Of a DNA stretch of 64,000 bases, positions 52,063 to 61,845 are shown one piece after another. The stretch lies in sequence record MK250017.1. One strand, given 5' to 3'. The notes under the pieces are model-generated. The model did no database searches and had not been told where the DNA came from. It saw only the letters and a program-made list of their open reading frames with translations. The first letter of the stretch is position 1. Every line of letters begins with the position of its first letter. The translations under genes and the position numbers were made by a program.

Positions 52063-52281
52063 TTAACAATCTTCTACATTTGTAATAGATACCTTATTTA
52101 ATTCATCTTGCCAATTAATAACAAACTGTAAATTAAATAAATTATCTTCTACTAATTTCATATTATTAAGTCTCTTAACTTCATTATATAATGTAATTGC
52201 TTCTTTTACATTATTCTCCATTCTAATTGCTAAATCTGCAATTTCTGTGTATTCTTGCTTTAATATATCTTCTTTAATCAT
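52063..52281 (-). CDS. Hypothetical protein
   Basis: 72 aa. Confidence 0.6.
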   Translation of the reverse strand: MIKEDILKQEYTEIADLAIRMENNVKEAITLYNEVKRLNNMKLVEDNLFNLQFVINWQDELNKVSITNVEDC

Positions 52282-52332
52282 TTAAATTCTCTCACAATTT
52301 TTTTGATCGAAAAAGACAAAATATTATGTTGT

Positions 52333-52614
52333 TTAATTATCAGAGATATAATATTTAAACCCATTCTGTAATTTTGTTAACATATGTTTAATCTTAACAT
52401 CTCTAATTTCTGAATTTTTAATTACATTATATTGTCCTATTATAAGATCAATATAATTAGCAACAGCTTTAGCATCTAATTTATCAATAACTGAATATAG
52501 ATTTATCTCTGGTGTTTTTACTTTACTTTCATATAACTCACATTCTGTTTTATTAGTAAAAACTTTTCCATCATCTGCATAATATTCTGTCTTTATAATT
52601 GTCTTCTGTTTCAT
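52333..52614 (-). CDS. Hypothetical protein (YYADDGKVF..ECELYE motif)
   Basis: 93 aa. Confidence 0.65.
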   Translation of the reverse strand: MKQKTIIKTEYYADDGKVFTNKTECELYESKVKTPEINLYSVIDKLDAKAVANYIDLIIGQYNVIKNSEIRDVKIKHMLTKLQNGFKYYISDN

Positions 52615-52652
52615 AATTGTAAAAAATTAAAAATATTACTAATGTCATGTCG

Positions 52653-52724
52653 TTGGGGATCCGAGACTCGAACTCGGCCTAAGAGTTTTAGAGACTCCTG
52701 TACTGACCACTATACTAATCCCCA
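52653..52724 (-). tRNA. Amber suppressor tRNA (anticodon CTA), Gln-like
   Basis: TGGGGAT/ATCCCCA (U1-A72, G2-C71, G3-C70); loop CT-CTA-AA; canonical T arm. Confidence 0.92.
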
Positions 52725-52754
52725 ATACTATATTTTAATTTACATAACTATTAA

Positions 52755-53525
52755 TTATTCTATATAATCGCTTAATTTCTATTTGTAATGATAATATGTT
52801 GATTTACATACATTATATTTAGTTAAAAAATCTGATTCTGATATATTATTTACAATATCATTCTTCATATCTACTGTTAATTTACTGCAGCCATTAGAAT
52901 TAAATAACTATATTTTCTAATTATATTTAGATATTTTCTACATTAATTCTTGTTTATCACGTGATAATATATATCGTTTTTTAACTAAAAGATTACTGAC
53001 ACTACCTCTTGTAAAATTAACATTCATATCACGTTTTAATTGTTGTAATGATGTAGATGAAACAATATTCTTTGTATTTACATCATAACAATATATTGTA
53101 TGCCTTCCATCATTCTATTTTTCATATGATTTTTTCTAAACTATTAATTTCTATTCATCTGTGAATTTATATCCATCAATACCACCATCACCACCTTTTG
53201 TTTGATTATAACCAGTAGCTCCATAACTATTATATTTACGAATATACTATTTTTCTAATAGATCTAATTGTTGTTTTATATCAGACGTGATATAATTATC
53301 AAATGTTTTTAATATATATAATGAAAAGGAATCTATACCATATTTCTTAAATGCTTTATATATTGGCGCATTATATCTATTATTAACAGAATTATTAATA
53401 TGATGTAATAATCTTTTATGTAGATTTATACTCTAACCAATATAACACTTTTTATTTATATCATTCTAAATCATATAAATACCCGGACACTATGGTATAT
53501 TATTTATAATATCATCTTTACTCAT
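52755..53525 (-). CDS. GIY-YIG homing endonuclease, Seg-like (TAG=Gln, ~11 TAG)
   Basis: Absent from the track; GIYMI..YIGQSINL..R..LEKQYI..GYNQTKGG; 256 aa. Confidence 0.9.
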
Positions 53526-53557
53526 AATAATTTTTAATATTTAATAACCATATTTTG

Positions 53558-53631
53558 TAGCCCCACTCAGATTCGAACTGAGTCAGCGAAAGTTAGAGTT
53601 TCGAATGCTTAAACCATTACATCATAGGGCA
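53558..53631 (-). tRNA. Second amber suppressor tRNA (anticodon CTA), Gln-like
   Basis: TGCCCTA/TGGGGCT (U1.U72 mismatch); CGAAA-CTCTAAC-TTTCG; CTCAG-TTCGAAT-CTGAG. Confidence 0.92.
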
Positions 53632-53646
53632 ATAAAAATATAAAAA

Positions 53647-53997
53647 TTAAATATAATCTTTTCGTCCTGTTCCCGTTTCAGGATTCCATTTATAATATTC
53701 TTTTGGTAAAGTACCTTTACATGTATCAATTAATTTATAATCAGAAATATCAAATCCAAATTTTTGTATATATGTAATATCTGGTTTATTTATACCCCAT
53801 AAATAATAACCTTTTGAATTTTGAAATACATAATAAGTCCAAGTATTATCTATTTCTTCTTCGACTTTTACTTTCTTTTCTGTTTCATCAAATTCACGTA
53901 AAATTTCAATGTCATTTTCTGTAATCTTCATTCTCTTTAATTTCTTCGGAAGATTATTTGTATAACATTTTTGTCCTTTATATAAAAATTCAATCAT
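53647..53997 (-). CDS. Hypothetical protein
   Basis: 116 aa, TAG-free. Confidence 0.7.
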   Translation of the reverse strand: MIEFLYKGQKCYTNNLPKKLKRMKITENDIEILREFDETEKKVKVEEEIDNTWTYYVFQNSKGYYLWGINKPDITYIQKFGFDISDYKLIDTCKGTLPKEYYKWNPETGTGRKDYI

Positions 53998-54012
53998 TTA
54001 ATATTCATATAT

Positions 54013-54041
54013 ATTTTATGAAAAAATGCGTTAAAAGTTTT
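54013..54041 (-). promoter_or_regulatory. Degenerate sigma-70-type promoter AAAACT-N17-TAAAAT
   Basis: Upstream of the unit containing both suppressor tRNAs. Confidence 0.4.
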
Positions 54042-54149
54042 AAATATTCTTAATTATTTTTAAATATTTTTAACTAAGTAATATAAAATATTTTTTGCAT
54101 TTAACATATATTATAACATGAAATATTAATAATGTCTAAAATATTTTTA

Positions 54150-54626
54150 TTATTTTATTTTTTTAATTAACTTTTCTGATTTATCATATAGAGATTCTGT
54201 TTCACTAATCATTTTCATATATTTAGATTTAAATTCATCTGTAGATAATTCAATTATAGTAAGATTAAGAAATTCATTTAAATTATATGATAATTGTTTA
54301 TGTGCATCAAATTCAAACCATATATCATCAAGATATGAGGAATCATTATATTTAAAAAACAATCCATTTAAATATACTCTTGTATCATGTTTATCACACG
54401 TTACAAATTGTTCATATACATGAATATAAACAGCATTATTATATGAACGTTCTTTTGATATACGAACATATTTACCTCTCAAATCTCGTTGGGAAATAAG
54501 TAATTCATTTTTTAATGTTTTATATTCATATGCTTTTTCATATGTTTCATTCTCTAATTTCTGAAGATATTCTATATTTCCTGTTATATCTGGTTTATGT
54601 AGAATATTTTGTAATTGTTTATTCAT
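54150..54626 (-). CDS. Hypothetical protein
   Basis: 158 aa. Confidence 0.7.
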   Translation of the reverse strand: MNKQLQNILHKPDITGNIEYLQKLENETYEKAYEYKTLKNELLISQRDLRGKYVRISKERSYNNAVYIHVYEQFVTCDKHDTRVYLNGLFFKYNDSSYLDDIWFEFDAHKQLSYNLNEFLNLTIIELSTDEFKSKYMKMISETESLYDKSEKLIKKIK

Positions 54627-55710
54627 ACTTAATTATTTCATATAAATTTCTATTGTTATAGTTATTAATAAAATTGTCACAATCTTTCTGTGTAATATTA
54701 TTAATTGGTATAAATATATCATTTTTGCGATATATTAATTGCATTGATTCTGGTATTCCTAAACTTTTCTCTAATGCTTTCTTCTTTTTTTGTTCTTTAA
54801 TATATAAGTCTAATTCTTTTTCTGTTTTGATATTTTTCATGGGAAAAGGATAACGACATAATTTTTTTTCTTCTTCTAAATAATCGTCACCATTATATAT
54901 TTCAAAATTATCCGCTTTAGACCATATTCTGATATTTGATTTATTAAACGGTAATAGCTTATTATCAATACAATAATCAATAAATGTTTTAATATTAGCT
55001 GGATAATATAATTCAGGTAATTTATATCTTTTATATCTATTATCTTTATTATCATTTAAACAATATAAACGTTTAGTTTTTTGAAGTTCAACTATTGTAT
55101 TTCCCTTTAATAAATCTTTATTAATCTTTAATATAGGAATTGACATAAAAATAACTTGGTCATCTTCCCAGGCAACATTATATCCGTTTTGTTTTTCTAA
55201 TTCTTCATCAGCTTCATTAGAATTCATAACATATGAATGTTCCTTCCATAATATTCTGGATTGCCTACAATATACTTGAAATACACCAAAATCTAATTTA
55301 ATAATTCTGAATGTATATGGACCATTATTAGGTCTATTTGCTATTTCTTTATTATATTGTTTTATTACTTGTATATATTCCTTATATTTTAAAGAATTAA
55401 TTGTATCTTGTATCGCAAAATATCCTATATTAACTTTGCTTAATTGTGGACAATCTTTAACGAATTTTTGTATATCGAATAAACGGTCCAAATCCCATGA
55501 ATAACTATTATCTTTCCACTCAGCTTCAAAATTATTTTGTTTTAAGTTATCATATATATCTTTACGAATATCATTTTTAAATTTTGTACAATAATCTTTA
55601 ATTGTATGACAACTCCAATATTTTTTAATTGTGGTAATTTGTTTTTGAGATGGATGCTTTTTTATCACCCATCTCAACCATTCATTTATATCTATAATTT
55701 TATTATCCAT
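54619..55710 (-). CDS. Hypothetical protein
   Basis: 363 aa. Confidence 0.75.
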   Translation of the reverse strand: MDNKIIDINEWLRWVIKKHPSQKQITTIKKYWSCHTIKDYCTKFKNDIRKDIYDNLKQNNFEAEWKDNSYSWDLDRLFDIQKFVKDCPQLSKVNIGYFAIQDTINSLKYKEYIQVIKQYNKEIANRPNNGPYTFRIIKLDFGVFQVYCRQSRILWKEHSYVMNSNEADEELEKQNGYNVAWEDDQVIFMSIPILKINKDLLKGNTIVELQKTKRLYCLNDNKDNRYKRYKLPELYYPANIKTFIDYCIDNKLLPFNKSNIRIWSKADNFEIYNGDDYLEEEKKLCRYPFPMKNIKTEKELDLYIKEQKKKKALEKSLGIPESMQLIYRKNDIFIPINNITQKDCDNFINNYNNRNLYEIIKYE

Positions 55711-55714
55711 ATAA

Positions 55715-57430
55715 TCAATTCAAACCTGTTACTTTTCCATCTACAAAATCAATATGCTTAGCTGCTGGTTCTTTAGGTAATCCTGGCATACGCATCATAT
55801 TTCCTGCAATAACAACAAAAAATTCTGCACCATTATTAATCTTTATTTCATCTATATTAAATATTGTATTATTATTTACAGATGGAATAACCTTAGGATT
55901 ATCAGAGAATGAATATTGTGTTTTTGCCATGCAAATAGGATATTCATAAATTTCATTAATAAATTCATCTTCATGATTTTCATATGTTCTATCAAATCTT
56001 GAAATAAATTTTAATGCATCTTTTGAATATCTTATATTATCTGGATTAATACCATATACATTTTTACATAGATCCGCAATTTTTTCCTTCATACTATCTA
56101 ATGTATGATATGCAAAAATAGGTAACATTGGTTTCCTATTATTGTCTACAATATCAACAACCTCTTTTGCAAGATCAATAGCACCATCACTGCCATTTAA
56201 ATAACTTGTATTCTTAATACATTTTACATTTCTACATGTACAGAAATTCTCAAGAATACGCTGTTCATTATTTGTATCAGTATCAAATACATTATTTGTT
56301 ACAACAATTCTTACACCAAATTTCTTAATATTTGTAATATGTTGTTCAAGATTCTTTAATCCAATTTCAAGTGATTTAATATCTTCTTTAGATAGATCTG
56401 TACATCCACCTTGATTTTTCAATCCTGGAATTGTCGCAACTAATACTACAACATCTGGACATAAACCATTCTTTCTACATTTAATATCTATAAATTTCTC
56501 TGCACCAAGATCTGAACCAAATCCTGCTTCAGTAACCACATAATCACATAATGATAAACCCATACGTGTCGCAATAACAGAATTACAACCATGAGCAATA
56601 TTAGCAAATGGTCCACCATGAACAATAACAGGATTATTATCCAAACTTTGAACAAGATTTGGTTTAATTGCATCTGATAGTAAAGCAACAATAGAACCTG
56701 TTATACCTAATTCACTGCAGAACATAAAACTACCATCTATACGTTCTGCAATAATAATCTTATTGATACGTCTGCGAAGATCATCAATATCACGTGCCAT
56801 ACAGAAAACTGCCATTAATTCAGAAGCGGGTGTAATATCAAATCCTGTTTGAATTAATTTACCATATTTCTGTGTTGTATATATTGTTCGAAGAGAACGA
56901 TCATTAATATCTAAACAACGTCTAAATGTAATATTTTTAATTTTTGATTCTTCTTCTGGATTCTGATAAAAATAATTATCAATAGCAGCTGCAATCATAT
57001 TATTTGCAGTTGTTATAGCATGAAAATCTCCTGTAAAATGTAAATTAATTTTATCCATAGGAACAATCTGTGAATAACCACCACCACATGCACCTCCTTT
57101 CATTCCGAAACAAGGTCCTAATGATGGTTCGCGTAACACCGCGATTGAATTTTTCTTGAGTTTTCGAAGTGCATCATTCAATCCAATACTTACAGTTGTT
57201 TTACCAATACCAGATTTAGTAGGACTAATAGAAGTAACAAGAATAAGATGTTTATCTGTATAACTTGTATACGGTTTCATTAATTCCAAAGGAATCTTTC
57301 CCATATACTTTCCATACATTTCAATATTTCCATTTGATGGTATATTACCTGTAGGAAATAATTTATTAAAAACACAATCAATACTTTGCATAGATGCTTC
57401 TTGAGCAATCTGAATATCTGATTTCATCAT
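55715..57430 (-). CDS. fhs: Formate--tetrahydrofolate ligase
   Basis: TSISPTKSGIGKTT, REPSLGPCFGMKGGACGGG, LHFTGDFHA, HGGPFANIAHGCNS, MPGLPKEP. Confidence 0.95.
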   Translation of the reverse strand: MMKSDIQIAQEASMQSIDCVFNKLFPTGNIPSNGNIEMYGKYMGKIPLELMKPYTSYTDKHLILVTSISPTKSGIGKTTVSIGLNDALRKLKKNSIAVLREPSLGPCFGMKGGACGGGYSQIVPMDKINLHFTGDFHAITTANNMIAAAIDNYFYQNPEEESKIKNITFRRCLDINDRSLRTIYTTQKYGKLIQTGFDITPASELMAVFCMARDIDDLRRRINKIIIAERIDGSFMFCSELGITGSIVALLSDAIKPNLVQSLDNNPVIVHGGPFANIAHGCNSVIATRMGLSLCDYVVTEAGFGSDLGAEKFIDIKCRKNGLCPDVVVLVATIPGLKNQGGCTDLSKEDIKSLEIGLKNLEQHITNIKKFGVRIVVTNNVFDTDTNNEQRILENFCTCRNVKCIKNTSYLNGSDGAIDLAKEVVDIVDNNRKPMLPIFAYHTLDSMKEKIADLCKNVYGINPDNIRYSKDALKFISRFDRTYENHEDEFINEIYEYPICMAKTQYSFSDNPKVIPSVNNNTIFNIDEIKINNGAEFFVVIAGNMMRMPGLPKEPAAKHIDFVDGKVTGLN

Positions 57431-57591
57431 AAATTTTTTTATTATAAATTCAACTTACTTTTTATACAATAAATTATATAAAAAGTTATATAAAAATTAT
57501 AGGAGAATAACAAACGAATGTTATTCTCCTATGTTTATTATATTAAATTATGTTTGTATCTGAATTTAAACGTATTCACAAAGTTATTTAA

Positions 57592-58098
57592 TTAATCGTT
57601 AAAACATTTACAATTTATTGTCCTCCATTCAGTATCACCTGATAATTCTCCTGTTTTAAACTTTTCATAAAATGGACAAATTCCTTTACCATTATATTCA
57701 TGTCCTTCTGATGTTAAATCACCTGGAAAATTATCACAATTACAACAGAGATCTTCAAATCTGTATGGATTATCTTTATTTTCCATATATTCATCAAGTT
57801 CTTCTTGATCTTCTTTTGAAAGTTTCCTGTCATTTAATCGTTTTTTATGTTCTTCTTTAATATCAAAACGTTTATTATCTGTCATTACAGTTCCTGTATT
57901 TTTTATCAATACACCAAATCTGTCTTTTGTAAAATTCTGCCATGATTCAGCAGGGTTTTCACGTATAGATTTTATTGTTCTTGGTTTCTTCTGCTTAATG
58001 GGAGAAATGTAATTCCATAATACATGTGAATTCCAGAGTTTCTTTAATCGTGAAATCCACTTTTTCTTCTGACGATAACGTCGCTCGGCTCTATCCAT
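57592..58098 (-). CDS. Hypothetical protein with basic N-terminus and C-terminal Cys cluster
   Basis: MDRAERRYRQ..CCNCDNF..CPF..CKC. Confidence 0.7.
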   Translation of the reverse strand: MDRAERRYRQKKKWISRLKKLWNSHVLWNYISPIKQKKPRTIKSIRENPAESWQNFTKDRFGVLIKNTGTVMTDNKRFDIKEEHKKRLNDRKLSKEDQEELDEYMENKDNPYRFEDLCCNCDNFPGDLTSEGHEYNGKGICPFYEKFKTGELSGDTEWRTINCKCFND

Positions 58099-58262
58099 AT
58101 TCTTTTGATATAAAAATTTTAAATCATATACATGTCAGTAACATATATATTAATCCCAAAATTACAAACATAATTATTACCTATATAATGGAAATTATGT
58201 GAATACGTATATCTTTATTCATTCAATAAAATAAATTTTATATATTATACTTAGAAAGTATA

Positions 58263-58784
58263 TTAATGTCTTAATGTTCTTTCAGAAAGTAAAACATCAA
58301 GCTTATTATTCATATCTAAAATTTGATTTTTCAAATCTCCAATACACTATATCTGCTCTTTGTTTTCTATCAAAAATTGTTGAATTTTTTTAAGTTTTTC
58401 ATCAAAAATTATCTAATTTTTCTCAATTTTTTCAATGTTTTCTTTATCCTATTGTTTTTCTGCAATAAATTTAACAATCTCTATTAATGCATCATTATCT
58501 AATATATTAAATGACATTGTTTTGATTTCTTTGTCATTATAATCTACATATTTTACATCTATATGATTAATATAATTTTTACTATATGATAACATACTAC
58601 CAGATGCACCACCTGCTATTAAATTAATATCCAATATACGAGATGATATTATTTCACCATTTGAAACAATAACACCTGATTTTGTTATAGGATCTTCACC
58701 AAAGCAGAATAAATTACTTTTATATGCACCAATACGTTTAAGTACATTCTTTACATTTCCTTTTGCGAATATAATATCACTCAT
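58263..58784 (-). CDS. Hypothetical protein with coiled-coil tail (TAG=Gln, 3 TAG)
   Basis: Read-through of the TAG at 58449 gives 173 aa; AATAAATA at 58810. Confidence 0.7.
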
Positions 58785-58858
58785 TATTAAAGTAACTATT
58801 TCTTTATTCTATTTATTGATTTTTAATAAATATATAAAGTTTATTTTAATTAAAGAAG

Positions 58859-59305
58859 ATGAATAATAATCAATACGAAATACTACCAACTGCAAAATCT
58901 AATATTAATGCATATAACCGTTATCCATTTACATGTTATGAAGAAGCAGTTCAGAATATTATGTAGAAAAATTTAAAACCTGGAGAATAGGCTGTTGCAT
59001 ATTATTTTGATGAAAATTCTATTATAGGTATAAGTGCAATAACTGCATTTGGAAATTTAAAAAAAGCAGGAAATATTATTTTTAAAAGTGGTCAGGATCT
59101 CGATAGAGATCTAGAACATTTGCATAAAGATGTTGTTATGCACAAAAAGGTAATTAATAATATGGTTGATACTATTAATCATGCAAATAAAAACTGGTCA
59201 TAGATTGAAGGTAGAATTAAAAAAATAGAATAGAAATTTGATAAAGAACATGATACATTACATGTACAAGTAATCGATTTAGATAATTATGATTTAGATG
59301 TTTAA
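58859..59305 (+). CDS. Hypothetical protein (TAG=Gln, 4 TAG)
   Basis: Absent from the track; 148 aa; AATAAATA at 58825. Confidence 0.7.
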
Positions 59306-59361
59306 AATAATAAAGGATTATAACTCAATAAAAATGAATTATAATCCTTTATTTGTTTCTT

Positions 59362-59544
59362 TTAAAATAAAGACGCAATCTTTCCTTTAATGTGATTTTT
59401 AACATCACTAATAATTGTAATTTTCTTCGTATCCTTCTTTTTCTCAGGAACGAAATTAAATTGTGGAGTCACATCAAAATCCAAACCTTTTGAAGGACAT
59501 CCAGGACAAATCTTTACCCGCCGCGGTGCCATTTTCTTTACCAT
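59362..59544 (-). CDS. Small basic protein (CPGC)
   Basis: 60 aa. Confidence 0.55.
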   Translation of the reverse strand: MVKKMAPRRVKICPGCPSKGLDFDVTPQFNFVPEKKKDTKKITIISDVKNHIKGKIASLF

Positions 59545-59577
59545 TAGTTTCCTCTAAAAATTTAATTATTAAAATAT

Positions 59578-59949
59578 TTATTTTTCTTTTGTAAGATCCT
59601 TCAAGTTGAAGATCTTAGTCTTTAATGGTTCAACTTCTTTACCATCTATTACTTCATACATAGAAAATACATATTTATCAGTAAAACCTTGACATTTCCC
59701 CAATACAACACCTTTAAATATTTTTTCGGATGGTTTATGAAAAACTTTCATTTTTATTTTTTCATTATCTAATAGTCTAGATTGTCTATCTAAAAATGAT
59801 TGAGTTAATACATAATCATCTTCAACTTCATTTGATGTGTCATCTTCATTTTCATTTGATGTATCTTCAGTATCATCTTCATTTTCTACATCCTGAAGAT
59901 ACATCATTTCTTCTAAATCTATATTAGCTTCGTCGTACATGTTAAACAT
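59578..59949 (-). CDS. Protein with acidic N-terminus
   Basis: 123 aa. Confidence 0.65.
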   Translation of the reverse strand: MFNMYDEANIDLEEMMYLQDVENEDDTEDTSNENEDDTSNEVEDDYVLTQSFLDRQSRLLDNEKIKMKVFHKPSEKIFKGVVLGKCQGFTDKYVFSMYEVIDGKEVEPLKTKIFNLKDLTKEK

Positions 59950-60010
59950 AGTTGTTAGATTATTTTATAAATTTAATTTGTTTATTTATACAACAATCTA
60001 AAATTAATTT

Positions 60011-60769
60011 TTAATAGTAGTCAGATAACTTAATTTGTGATTCATATACATTATCATTTTTATAATCAATTCTGTCATTTTTATCATTTCTTATATCTGA
60101 TAAAATTTCTTTCTTATCTGCTTGAATAACCAAAGGAATTGTAGAAATGTAAGAATTAATTATTTTATCATTTATCGGTGCTTTATATAATGGTCCATCT
60201 GCAACCCAGAAAAACTTATCCATAAATGCAATATAATATTGCATGCCTATCCTAGATAATGCATACATAGAAGCATTCCATAATGCAACATCTTTATGAG
60301 TCGTCCAATATATATTATCATCATATTTTTCTAATATATTTTTTGCACGTGGATCTGTAGTAAATCCTCCAAATTGAAGTATATCATAATCTACAGGTAT
60401 ATTATGAATAAAAGTTAAAAAAGTCTCATTATTTTTTAAAAATTTTATATCATCTTCCATTACTAATATATTAGAAAATCCTCTATCATAACATTCTTTT
60501 ACAATTGCATAATGATTTCTTGCACAATCATATTCATTTGCTTTTGTAAATCTACCTTTTCCAGATTCATTAAATGCAGATGCTATTAAACTATTATAAG
60601 GAAATTTTGTCGTATAATGATAACGTAACCATGTACTTTCATTAATATTATCAAAATTCATTTCCTTAAATTGTGTTTCCATATTATTTCTGCGATCTTT
60701 TCGATCACTTAAGTTTAATACATAACATATATCAAACTTTTCTTTTAATACATCTTGTAATTTTTCCAT
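60011..60769 (-). CDS. Glycosyltransferase family 25-like protein (start corrected to ATG 60769)
   Basis: YVLNLSDRKDRR, CARNH, LVMEDDI. Confidence 0.75.
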   Translation of the reverse strand: MEKLQDVLKEKFDICYVLNLSDRKDRRNNMETQFKEMNFDNINESTWLRYHYTTKFPYNSLIASAFNESGKGRFTKANEYDCARNHYAIVKECYDRGFSNILVMEDDIKFLKNNETFLTFIHNIPVDYDILQFGGFTTDPRAKNILEKYDDNIYWTTHKDVALWNASMYALSRIGMQYYIAFMDKFFWVADGPLYKAPINDKIINSYISTIPLVIQADKKEILSDIRNDKNDRIDYKNDNVYESQIKLSDYY

Positions 60770-60824
60770 AATAATAAAAAACTCTAATAGATAAATGTTA
60801 AAAATATCTATTAGAGCATACATT

Positions 60825-61370
60825 TTACATTTTTAATATATCTTGCATATTAACTGGTTCTGTATTGGTATTTTTAGATTTTCTTATTATTTGTTTCACT
60901 TGTGGTTGTTCAAAATAAATACCACTTTTATTATATTTACCTTTATCATATGCTCGTTCAATAGCTTTACGAACTCTACGCTTTGTTTTACCATCCATCA
61001 TATAATGATGCTGCTGATAATAAAGTTCACCTTGCTGATACATCATAGATTCAATAAACTGCTTTCTCTGCTCATGCTTTTGCTTTGTTTTTTCTCTTAT
61101 ATCTGATTCTGATTTTGCTTTTGCAATAGCTGCTTGTGTAATAAGAGTATTCATACCAGATTCTTCATTTAACGTCTCTACTTGCTTATCTAAATTATTA
61201 TCAATAGGTGTACCTGGAATTACTGTATTACCATCATCATATGCATATGATCTTTCAATTCTATCTTGTACTTTATCTTTAGATAACAACATTTTATTTA
61301 ATGTTTCATTATCAATAACTGAACCATTCTCAGTAATATAATTATTTAATGTGTTACTATATGCGGGCAT
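60825..61370 (-). CDS. Hypothetical protein
   Basis: 181 aa. Confidence 0.7.
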   Translation of the reverse strand: MPAYSNTLNNYITENGSVIDNETLNKMLLSKDKVQDRIERSYAYDDGNTVIPGTPIDNNLDKQVETLNEESGMNTLITQAAIAKAKSESDIREKTKQKHEQRKQFIESMMYQQGELYYQQHHYMMDGKTKRRVRKAIERAYDKGKYNKSGIYFEQPQVKQIIRKSKNTNTEPVNMQDILKM

Positions 61371-61394
61371 AATTTATTAATTGTATTTTTTAAT

Positions 61395-61781
61395 TTAAAA
61401 TGAATGTATATTATTATCAAGACTTGTCATTTCAGATGCTTTAAATTTACCATAAATCTTATTCCATCCTTTTGATAAACCGTTACATAACATACTGGTA
61501 TAATATGCAAATGGATTACTAAATCGTTCTGGATCAAAGCTTCGCCAATACATTGCAACATCCAACATTGCTGTCTGTATACAATCTTCCTTATCCTCTT
61601 GACATTTATAATGTTTCTTTTTTGCTAAATTTTCAGCAATTAACTAAAGCATGACAACAGCATTATATGTAAGTTCATCTCTCTATTTTGAAAGAACTAT
61701 TTCTTTCATCAACTCTTTATTCTACACATATGGTTTTCCACCTTTAGTTTTAATACCTTCTACTTTACTAAAATCTTCCAT
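61395..61781 (-). CDS. Late-transcription sigma factor, T4 gp55-like (TAG=Gln, 3 TAG)
   Basis: Absent from the track; PYVQNKEL (cf. HYVNNKEL), LIAENL, FDPERFSNPFAYYT (cf. FDETKYKNPHAYIT); 128 aa. Confidence 0.85.
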
Positions 61782-61809
61782 GGTTTTTAAATAAAAATAG
61801 CTATTTCTT

Positions 61810-61838
61810 ATTTTACTAAGAAATAGCTAAAAAGTTTT
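61810..61838 (-). promoter_or_regulatory. Degenerate sigma-70-type promoter AAAACT-N17-TAAAAT
   Basis: About 30 nt upstream of the gp55-like ATG. Confidence 0.4.
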
Positions 61839-61845
61839 AATAAAT

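Noticed and set aside
57546-58208. Invertible DNA segment
   Set aside because: The two complementary blocks are in crossed order with different spacing, unlike recombinase inverted repeats, and no recombinase is nearby
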